Position numbers and translations under genes: made by a program | Shown here: positions 11,301 through 22,300 of the stretch, piece by piece | How the letters are laid out: each line of letters begins with the position of its first letter | How positions within the stretch are numbered: the first letter of the stretch is position 1 | Source of the DNA: Laetmonice hystrix | Taxonomy: Eukaryota | Direction: 5' to 3' | NCBI GenBank assembly: GCA_965235115.1 | Contig: OZ249449.1 | Span: 11,408,001 to 11,472,000, forward strand | Length of the DNA stretch: 64,000 bases | Notes under the pieces: model-generated | Told to the model about the DNA's origin: nothing | Seen by the model: the letters and a program-made list of their open reading frames with translations, nothing else | Databases searched by the model: none

Positions 11301-14300
11301 TTGGTGATACCATTGTCGGATAAATGTCATTTCTGTGCGATTCAATATCTTCTTTACCAACACTTTGGAGTGTGTCATACTCGGGCGTCTTCGTCGTGAG
11401 AAACGGCAGATGACCAGTGGAACCCTGGCCTGGTGAGTTGTCCGGTGTGACCGTGAGAAATGGCAGATGACCAGTGGAACCCTGGCCTGGTGAGTTGTCC
11501 GGTGTGATCTTGACCTCTGAGCGACTTACTTCCGGTGGTGACGTGACTTCTCTCACAAGTTTGTCAGGTGGTGGTGTGGTCTGTTGATACGTGAGGGCGC
11601 CACTGGGCGTACCTAATGCAGCCTCATTTGGAGACTTACCGTTGCTGTTTTCCGAGAGTGAAGCTGTAAAAGAAAAAAAAACCAAAGTGCTAATTTGAGC
11701 CATTCTGCGAAATTCCTCGAAACCCCATTACAACAATGAGACGGCAAACAGGCCTCACTGTTCCGACATGCGAAGTGACAGTTTGGGATGATAGCACCAC
11801 CTCTGGGGATTGTATGAAGCCGGACAAGCGGTGTCATATCAGACAGGCTGGGTTAATTATTAATACAGCCGGCCGACAGTGCCTCGGCACGTCTAGATTG
11901 GAGTCGCCTAGGATTGAGTATGACAGACGGTGGATAATTCCCCCTTATCTGTATTCACAATTGGCTTATCAAAAGTATAACGTTAAGGCGACAAGAAAAG
12001 TTTTTTTTTCTTTATCATTATGCTTTTCGTCATCACCTGGACTGAGTAAGCATGTATAAAAACGATCTGTTTTCGACCTGATGATGGTCAAACCGTATCC
12101 GACATCATGACGTAAGACTTTCAAACCACCAGCAAAAGTAACTTCTCTAAATGTTCTGGTTCTGGGTTCCTAACTGGAAACATTCCGACACTTAACATGA
12201 CATATCCATGACGTCATTACGTTAGATGTAACAACACTTACGTCACGTACCGTTGACGGTTAAGAACGCGGTATGACGTTGGTTACTCATTAGTAATTCA
12301 CAGACGTAGGCGCCAGCGTCCTGCAGTTGCACGTCGCGGACCACCAAATTGAAGCGCCCCCGAACGGCGAATTTTGACGCGTTGGTTAAATTCCGCGGGA
12401 AACTTTGAAAAATAATCTCTCCGGAGAGTGGTCCGCCAGGGCACCTCCGAGTCCATCTGATTAGATCCTGGTGCTGGATGCTGAGGTCTGTCCCACAGGT
12501 GAAGTAGGCGTCATCACCTTGTGAAACGCTGGCGTCGAGAGGGGGTGTGTGTATAACAGGTAGACCTGGCAACAGATTATAGGCGTATGTGAAAGGATTA
12601 GGTGTATGGTAAGGAGCAGTATTTCTGAATATAATTTCAGTCACTTATTATGACGAAATTTCCTAAATTATTTTATTTTGAGGAAATATATCAATGTATT
12701 GATATGGACAACACAACGCAGATTATCAAGTATTAGTAATCTAGGCCTACTTGTAATTATGAATTTTAAGAATGAGTAATTAAAATAAAAAGTATAAGGA
12801 TATAAAAGAAAACTTATGGACGGCGTCCCATGAACCCTAGCTTATCGTGGTTTGCCTTTTGTGAAAGGTTTTAATTTTACTACATTTTATTTCTTTAAAT
12901 TATAACGGCATAGTGACTTACCTATTACCTTAAGTGTGGCGTTGTAACGTGTCATACTTAGCAACAACTCACACACATAGACGCCTTCGTCCTCTCGTGT
13001 CACATAATTTATCAGTAAGTTATGATGACCCCTCACTTCATATTTTCCGCGGACTGGGAGACTTTCTGGAGATTGTGAGGATTGATATAAAACCTGAACG
13101 CCGCCTCTGACGTATCTACTCCACCGGAGTACGTCACCAACACCAGGGGGCGTGACGTCATCGGGAACAGTGTTTTCGCACGTTAAAATCACGCTTTTAT
13201 TCAAGAGAACCGTCATTGCCCGGGGAGGTGATGTTATTCTTGCACTGAGATTTACTGAATTAAAGAAATTAACAGATACATACAATAAGGCGATACCAAA
13301 TATTTTGTAAATTTCAAAAGATACTAAAATAATATTGAATTCTTACATCGAACCACTCTGATGGTGTGACGTGCCGTTCCGCTTCTTGCCGTATCTACTC
13401 CGTGTTTTACAGTACATTCTATGTCATGAGTGTTAAAGTTACGAAACGGAGTCAGCCGCAATGTTTCCGCCACTAGATACGTCCCATCCCCGACCGCAAA
13501 CTCGGTTCGTTTCCTTGGGCTCCGCTCGGGGGCGCTCCGACCTACGAATCGCCAATGAAATGTGACATTGCCAGGGCTGACTCGGTTAGCGACACAAGTG
13601 ATGTTGGTCAAGGTGCCTTCAATGATGGGGTCCTGGAGGCCATGGATTTCAAGATGAGCGGGAGGTGGATCTGGAACATTCGAGGCCTTTGACATTAAAT
13701 AACCTTTTCTTGCCATAATCAAGATTATGGCAGGTGTACTTCTCCGGGCTGCTTTACTTTGTAGGGACCTATACGTCAGAAATGGCTGATTCTCTAGTAG
13801 CCTTGGAGTGATCACATTTTGGTACCCCGTACCATCTCATAAGTAGGTAGACTGGAGAAACTAGGGTAAGAAAAGTATCATTCCCTCTGTCTATCACATG
13901 TCAGCACTTTCTAGAACCGCTGATGTGCAATTTTGAGAAATCATTAAGTCCTATCGACCGTGGCTGTCGCACTCTTGGACCGTACATCAGTAATCCTCGC
14001 AGCTCTATGACATGCACACATAGTCGGCCTAAAATGACTTAGGTTTCCCATCAGGGGCGTCAGACGATGAACAAGCTAGTCGATTTAAGTCAATTTGAAG
14101 GTGCTCTGGCCCCCCGCATTATTACTCGGTAGTCATACCCCCCCCCCCCTGTCCCCCACCCCCGTGTAAGAAAATCTTGGGATACTTATAACATATTTAT
14201 GGTGGCCCTGTACAAGAAACCTACAGAAAACACGAAGCCTGACGTGTGTGAAGCGTGGCAGGCCTCCGTTCAGTAGAAAACACGTGTAGACCGAGTCCAT

Positions 14301-17105
14301 GTCTGCCTGGATTCTCTCCACCACGAGATCTCCAGTATGAGGATCGAGAGAGAACCCTCCGTACATCCCGGGTGGATGGCTGTCAGTTCTCCAAGTGAGG
14401 AAGGCCGGCCAGGGATAGCTGTAGGCGGAGACTGTCCCTCTCAACCACTCCAACATCCGGGTCGTTTCATCCAGACCGCCTCCACATGGTAGTCGAGCTG
14501 ACTCCCTGATGAATCCAGTCACCTCCACGTCAACTGTTACCATGGCAACGTAAAGGTAAAGAGACATTTATTGTTTTATTTTTGAAGATGTGTAATATTA
14601 GGCAAAAAAAAAATTCTTGTCCCCGCGCGCGTTACCTAAAAAACCCTGCGTCATGTATTTTTTTCCTGAAAAATCCAACTGATCCATATTTGTGGTGGCC
14701 AGTGCTGTGTCAGAACGTTGCAGAACGTTCTAAATTTTTATCTGAACGTTCGAAGATGACAAAGGTCGATGAATTTGCGAACGGCCGATATCTCTTTTCT
14801 TCTCTTTTACTGTTAAAGTTTCGATCAGCAGCCTGTCTTGTTCCACTGAACACCTTCCCGGTTATCTCTGCCAGCACGCGACATCAGTAAAAACCATGTA
14901 TTGGAACACATTCTGTTGTCAACATCGAGATATTGCAAATAACATGATAATAACACTATCGCGTTATTTATCATTCGACAACCAACACTCAATCTCACTA
15001 TAAAAATGTGGTATTCAGATGATGCAGTGACACTACGAATTTTCTGAAACATAACAATCAAATTCTATAATAATGGCACGCCTTTCTTTTCTACAAAATG
15101 GAGTTGGTCGCTAGTACCTGCAGTAGGTGTCTCAGTAAAAGGTCGTCCCTGATTGGTTCTCCCGGGTAGCACGTGCGGCGTGGTCGACACCGTGATACTG
15201 ACGTTGATGATTTCACCCCTATTGTTGTCCACTGCAGTCACGAGAGTCTCCCCGTCGTTTTGAGAAATGAAAACACTAACAATATCCTTCACTGCGAAGC
15301 AAAGCACAAATAAATACAAACACCTTGATTAAACATGTGCGTTCTTTTCATTACTCATTTTTAAATGAACGAAACAGACGGTTTCTACACAAATTGCGTA
15401 CTGATTAATGGGGATCCCAAACGACTGTTATAAAATCCAAATAAATTCGATTAGTCCGAATGACACTTAACACTAAGTAATATAAAACCTGGATAAGATT
15501 TCCAGTCTCCCCTTCATAAACTTCCATTGTCTCATCAAGTTTCTTTTTTTATCCGGAATAGCTTTATTAATTTTCTAAGGCATTCTTAGGAAGTATCTCT
15601 TCCGCGATTTCTTTCATTCATAGCGCTTTAATGTCTCAACTCCTCTACAACGCCCCCCCCCTACTCGATAACAAAAGCGAAATTTTCTGTTCTTTTTTTT
15701 TCTCAGTAAATATTAATATTTCTTAACACGCGATACATGCGGACTATACTCGCTGCATGCCAACGATCTGTCACAGTGCTTATAAATCAAGTTCGTTAAT
15801 TGTTTAGATGAAGAAAGGAAAGTCGTGTACGATTTACTCTTCCAAGAAATATTAAACAATAAACATTTCGTATTAATATTAATCAGAAATGTGAGCCTAC
15901 CAGAATGAAGCATGTGCACTAACCCAGTAGGTTGGTCATTATATATGATGACAGCCGTGGCTCCAGATTGGATTGCATGGACTACTTTTGTCTGCGAATA
16001 AATACCAAGAAAGCTGATTAAGTCATATATACTCACTGGACTTGGCCGATTCCATTAAGGAACAACCGAATTCTGCAGTTCAGTTGTATCATAATAACCT
16101 TTGTTACCATAGCAACTCCAGATGGGCAATGCCTTTATTGGAGACGACTTCTTACTTTGCTTGAAGAGAAACACTCTAATGACATGTGAGTCAATAATTA
16201 CAGTGACGTCGCCGTCTAATTGCTCTTGGTCTTCAGCAACATTAATAGAGTAGAGTAAAGTAGAAAGCAGTAGATAATTCGATAGTTTTGTTGCTATAAC
16301 TCTTAAGTAGAATAGCTAAAATACAACTCTGAAAGTGATGTGTTATAGAGTAGACTCTATTGAGAGCTCACTACTCTATCTAGTGTAGAATTAATACATG
16401 GACAGAACATTTGATAATATGATCTTAGATTACTTGGGTGTAGATCCTGAGAAAGGGGAGGGGTACATCCACATTACAGAAGATGGAGGATGGCCTATAT
16501 AATCACCCCCCCCCCTTCGCATTTAATTAAATTAGTGACAGTAGAGACCAGTTAGACCAGTTTAGAGGGCGCAAAGGAGAGGGAAGACAGTCTAGTATTA
16601 AGTCTATATTCAGATGTTTAAAAAAATATATAATATCCCTTCACTTTATGACAGCATTGGGATTTCTGTTTCAATTAGTATATCATTTTTCAGAAAGAAA
16701 ATATTTCGGTGGGTTTAGCCATTCCCATCCAGACTACACTGGCAACAAATTTACGCCACTGTTACATGAAATATGTCCTACCTGGAATGTACACCCACCA
16801 CGCTGCAGTAGCGCCACCCAGCGGAGTTGGGTGGCCGGAGCGTTTGTAATGGTCCCGCAGCCAGGCTGGATTCCGGGGTCAGACTGCACATGGTAAAGCA
16901 CACCCGAGTCTTCCTTTGGCTCGTTCCCATTGTCAAATGCCCCAAATATCGTCCTGGTTTGGTTCTGTAACGTGTACGTTATCGCTGCGATTTGCGTGTC
17001 GTAATCCTGACCACCAACACTAAACAGAGTTAGGCCAAAAAACGCCAGACACAGTCGGAAAATCCGTGAGCTACTGCCACGTAGGCCGATCGTTGCAATT
17101 TCCAT
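8374..17105 (-). CDS. Predicted secreted PA-domain / 4x immunoglobulin / mucin-like protein, 1719 aa, 8 exons
   Basis: Exons 17105-16782, 15991-15901, 15291-15118, 14533-14225, 13670-13347, 13254-12922, 12565-12251, 11663-8374; all GT-AG; phases 0,1,1,1,1,1,1 give one open frame (5160 nt). Signal peptide IFRLCLAFFGLTLFSVGG. PA motifs WVALLQRGGCTF / KVVHAIQSGATAVIIYND / KDIVSVFISQNDG. Ig motifs ARLPC-LEW-DSVYTC, TNITC-FHW-DIEC, VILTC-LRW-DEGVYVC, AYFTC-IRW-DAGAYVC. Ser/Thr/Pro-rich last exon. Confidence 0.8.
10939..11274 (-). repeat. Coding VNTR, 42-bp unit x8 (ITNMNDLDALQTSY)
   Basis: Eight in-frame 14-aa units read directly in the large exon. Confidence 0.97.
11392..11505 (-). repeat. Coding tandem duplication, 57 bp x2 (TPDNSPGQGSTGHLPFLT[V/T])
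   Basis: Two near-identical 19-aa units in the large exon. Confidence 0.95.
14536..14549. promoter_or_regulatory. RFX X-box-like palindrome GTTACCATGGCAAC at the Ig1 exon acceptor
   Basis: Matches the X-box consensus GTTNCCATGGNAAC; adjacent to the acceptor AG (14534-14535). Function not shown. Confidence 0.35.
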
Positions 17106-19219
17106 TGCGCTGTCATGGGGTCACGAACAAAAACTTTAGATTGACATTGCTCTCTTTAGTTGGTTAAATAGTACTTGGTAAAGTCTACAGCACGAAAAGG
17201 AGTGACTTCCCTTGCACCCTCTCAAAAAAAACGATGTGCCAACAGGTGATTCCGACCACATTGTGAGTCCAGCGCAACCCTTGCCTGCCGTCGTTTTCCC
17301 TCAAGTACACATATTGGACAGAGAAACCAGGGAAAGCCTGCTAAATCCATTCCTTTACATGTGAATTATCTGATTCTCTAGGGTGATACTCAAATACAGG
17401 TTTTCCGGCGGACTAAAGATCACACAACTTACGACCCCGAGCCAGTTAAAAATAGTAATTCTATTTTTTTTTTTTTTCATTTTGACTAAGATTTGCTTAC
17501 CTGAAAAAAAATTAACAGGCCCTTTTTTTTCATTAAAATTTTTTTTTGTTATTTCTAGAGATACATAAACACATTAAAAGGTTGTGGAAGTGTTATATAT
17601 TCATTGACGGTATTACCTGGTGAGATCAACGTGACGCCAAGCGGACCTCCACATTGGCAACCTTTATGTGAGAGTCCTATTTAAACAGGTGTCGACCCAC
17701 TGTGGATAACAAACATAAGGTGTTTACCCATGGTGAGGGTCGGAACATTGACGTATTTATGCTACATACAGGCGGTTGCCATTATGTACTGAAGAGTTCT
17801 TCTCCGGGCGTCTCCTCCAGCGTTCTTGCTTGTGCTGAACTCATTGACCAATTTAAATGGGTGGTCTCACACGCCGAATCGACTGGAATCATCAAAATCC
17901 TCATCGTTGACGTACTTTATGGCATTGATGGCTGATCATCTTGATTCTGTTAACACATACTATGAGTAGACAGTAAGTGATAATATTCCTGATGGTAAAG
18001 GAAGCAGTACAGAAACTTAGAGGTGTGAAGGACAACAAGATGAACGTCGCCATTTATAATTTTATATACTATTCATCAAATTAGTATAAAAAAGTAAGGG
18101 AGTTATGGATACTGGCTGAGAAAAAATGGACTGCAGACATTTTCTTGGTGAAACAGCACGGAGTACTTGAAATTCGTGAGACGCCCCCTTTAAGAGAACA
18201 CAAACCTCACATACTACCATGCTTATCTTATCCCAAGATGCTTATCTTGGACAAATTGGTTCTCTGGCGTGTAAATGAACAATGTATGTATAGGTATCAT
18301 GTAAGATGATGGTGGATGAATTGTAGGATATTCTTCCTGAACGTTATGTTATCTGGGCAGGTAGGTCCTCGTGACTGACTGATTTGTAGGGGTTTAAGCC
18401 CTGCTGGCAATATTTTAGCCCGATTCAAGGTGGGAACAAAAGGGTCAGCCTTGGGTCCCATTCCCACGAGGTGACGGTGAACGGGGAGAAAGTGAAAAAG
18501 AAACCTGCCATCGAGAGAAAGTCCCTACTCTTTTCGAAAAATTGCAAGGGTTATTTAAATATCTAGTTGTACAGACACGACTGAACATATCAAAAGTAAG
18601 AGAAATAGTACTCAATGAGGCAAGCCATGTCGACCATGCAGATGATTTCAACTCAATCACTTCCCCAAACCAACCCTCGTCCTATTAATCTCCTCTCGTA
18701 CAGAACCATTAGAGGGGCTGAGGACCATTCTTTACCCCTGGTCCTCAATAGGGAATCAACACAGGACAAAGTTTGATAAAGCTATATCAAAATGAGGAGT
18801 TTATTGCAATTGTATTCCAGATAAGCTACGTAGGATTCGCCAAATAATCTCTGGCCCGTTTTCTTGGAGTGCGATTATTCTTTTGAAGTCATCACTGTTT
18901 ATTAAAACTCATCAAACTTATCTTAAAGAAATTAATTGAGAAACGTAGAGGTTCATTTTAAATTCTGGCTCACTCATTTTATATAATCGAACCTGTCAGT
19001 TTGTATGTTTGTATATTGAACCTTATTCACATTGACAATGGGACAACCACACATCAAATTAAACCTACACTGAAAAGTCTAAAGTTAAACCTTTAGTGCA
19101 ATCATATAGCATTGCATAAACGTTCTGATTTCCTTCTTTTCCAAATAATTCCACAATGGACTGTGCTCCCGGGAAGAAATTTCAGGTGGCAGACATTATA
19201 TTACCCAAATAAGCTAACG

Positions 19220-19225
19220 TTTATT
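19220..19225 (-). promoter_or_regulatory. Probable polyadenylation signal of the PhyH-family gene
   Basis: AATAAA on the minus strand about 135 nt after the stop at 19359. Confidence 0.45.
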
Positions 19226-19358
19226 AGCCAAAGTGGCTGCAGATTACCACAGAAAAACAGTCTAGAAGTCGATCTGTTTGATGATTACCTCTAATCCCAC
19301 CATTTGTTTCATTCTTGGTGTCCTTAAATGACAACCTCAGGTTCCTGCAGAACTGCTT

Positions 19359-22300
19359 TTAAACAGGACCTTTTGCGCATGCGGGTTCGTACACCAGCGG
19401 ATAAAACTGTCCTGACATTTTCTGCCCCTAGAAGAGAAGCAGAGTCACATTATTTAATAAATTAACGAAATATAACATAACATTTTTTATACTTTGTTGT
19501 ATTGTTCTTTTACTTTGTTGTACTGTTCTTTTCGGTTCTGTCACTGGGGTAACGAGGACGCAAGTAAAAGGCAATGACCTATGAAACATTGAAGACATAA
19601 ATAGTGTTTAGATGAGTCTTATAGTATAGTCTACTATCATTCAAAGGCGGATCTAGGATTTTGTCAAGAGCGGGTTGCACCACTGTGAAATGTGTGGCAG
19701 GAAATCACCTTGGAAATGTTTGTAGCCTTGAACAGCTCAAGGTCAACACCGGGTTCCTCTGCCTTTAACATGGGGCTGTCCGTGTGCGACATGACACCAT
19801 CAGCAAAGTAGTTTAGAACTGTCGCTCTCCGAGGTGTGTCTGATCTGCAACAAGAGAAACAAAGGGCGCACCGTTTGTATGCTTACGGTGGCCCATTGCA
19901 ACAGGAGAAACAAAGGGCGCACCCTTTTTATGCTTCCGGTAACCCATTGCAACAGGAGAAACAAAGGGCGCATCCTTTTTATCCTTACGGTGGCCCATTG
20001 CAACAGGAGAAACAAAGGGCGCACCCTTTTTATGCTTACGGTGGCCCATAAGAGACATCCATGCCTTTGTTGCTTTTCTAAGAGATCACAATAACTATAT
20101 TTGTTGGGGTTTTTAATCGATGATTTCGGATTCACGTATGGAGAAGTTGGAATAATAATTTAGAAGGCTGAACAGCTTGCGATGAAAATGATCAAAATTT
20201 ACCTTGTGAATCATGAAAAATTGTATGAAAGGCAATAGAAACAAATAGAAAACGCAACGAATATTTCACTGCGGTGGAAATATTACTGTGACTTTCTCCA
20301 AAATCGCAAATAATATTCAATGCATTTTACCTGTCGACCACCGGAGATGTTCGAGAGGAAAAATGAGTTAATCCTCCCACTCCCTTATAGTAAGTTTTCC
20401 TAACATTGCAGAGCGAAAACTCTATTCCATTAATTTGCCCTGGATTTGTATGGATGCCATTTCGCGAAATCTGACGCACAGATAAGCTAAGGTTAATTAA
20501 GTTATTAGTTTCATTATCGGCCAGCGCGGTGTAGCATCCAGTCCTATATCCGGATTGAATTTACAGGTAGTTTTGAGAGGAGAGAATGGGGATTATAAAG
20601 AGTAGTCCAAGAGTATCCATTCTCTCACCCAGAAACCGTTATGAAGAATGTCGCTGGCGGAAAGCAAGAATAGGTGCAAAATTGATGTTTTGAGAACTGG
20701 CATTATTGCTCAAAACAAATTCCATTTTCTGGAGATACAATACTCTGCTACACATTATGCCACCTTAACTGTTTTGTACATGTAGATTCAATATAGCTGC
20801 ACAGCTTATTAAAATGTTCCATTAAACCAATTTTCAGATACAATATTCTTGTTCTCAGCCAGCGATGTGATCATGTACTGATTGTAATACTCACCTGTTC
20901 GGGTAGGACCCATGAACCGTCAGGGGATGATGGAAGCTTGCCTCGCCTTTCTTTAATAACGACGGCTGGGGACTGAACTCCGACAGCTCCTCAGGCGTCA
21001 GGATGGTCTGAAAGTAACACGCGCCATTCCCTCGGCTTTATCAGTCTTGGACTAAACTGAGCGGGGTAAATTAAGCTGGGTTGAGGGTAAGGTTAAGATT
21101 GGATACCTAGGCAAGGGTGTAGCCGGGGAGGGGGGGGGGGGGTTCCCGCGTTGCTTGGACCCCCCCCCCCCCCCAAAAAAAAAAAGATAAATGACTAATA
21201 TTATGGTTGGACCCCCCCCCCCTCATCTCAGGTCTAAAATAAATGAAATACTATTCCCCCGATCTCAGTTAGCCCCCCCCCCGTCATCTCAATTCTGCTA
21301 CACCCCTGCTAGGGGTGTCTTGACTGAGCAGAGCTGAATTAATTCCACCAGAATTACAGGTGACCTACGACATAGATTCATATCTTTTGGCATTCGGAGG
21401 GGAAAGAACAAGACAATGCCATCATTAATGTCGAGATTTCCGAAGAAGACCGTATAAGTAAAAGAAAACACGTTGCATTGTCAAGTGTGAGACAGGCAAA
21501 ACCGTGTGGATGTCAATGTCAGCGAAACGAAAGCCACATCACGTGACGAATCACGTGATAATCAGCGTACGATACGCAAGATGACGTCTGATTCTGAGAA
21601 GACGGAAAAGTTCTTACAGATGTCGAAAATAAATGAACGTTTCGTATTTCTGTTATTATATCTCAGCATCAGTGGTAGTAGTGGCAGGGATCGAAGTAAA
21701 ATCCGCGGTAGTAATAAGGCAGATACACCGGCCTCTTTATCATAGTTTCAGTAATTATTCTACCTTCTGATTGGTCCACTCGTACCCCATGATAAGAGAT
21801 TGTCCCCGTAATACCACTGGCTCAGACTGACGCGCCCCCTGGCGGACATGTGGCTCCAGTCATAAGCCTGCTTAGTGTCGGCATAATATTGTGCTCATTA
21901 GTGGCATAATGACGCTTCGAAAGGACGGATTTCTCAGCAGTTATTTCGTCAAGTCAGTCGCTGGAACTGTGATAAAATCGCCCCGTATGCGTTTACGTAC
22001 TATGGCTTTATACCGGCGTAGGGGTATCAGGTCACTACCCCGTATAAAATCACTCTAGAGTACTCTGAACCTAGGACAAAATCACTCTAGAGTGCTCTGA
22101 ACCTAGGACAAAATCACTCTAGAGTACTCTGAACCTAGGACAAAATCACTCTAGAGTGCTCTGAACCAAGGACAAAATCACTCTAGAGTGCTCTGAACCT
22201 AGGACGAAATCACTCTAGAGTGCTCTGAACCAAGGACAAAATCACTCTAGAGTGCTCTGAACCTAGGACAAAATCACTCTAGAGTACTCTGAACCTAGGA

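Noticed and set aside
8408-11307. Plus-strand ORFs (8408-8764, 10166-10450, 10927-11307)
   Set aside because: Antisense shadows of the mucin-like exon and its VNTR.
17903-17935. Reverse-transcriptase-like KYVND motif on the minus strand
   Set aside because: Short frame closed by stops, with no other RT motifs nearby.
19800-20135. Four overlapping ORFs with repeated peptides
   Set aside because: Produced by the 51-bp minisatellite (length divisible by 3); no start context or homology.
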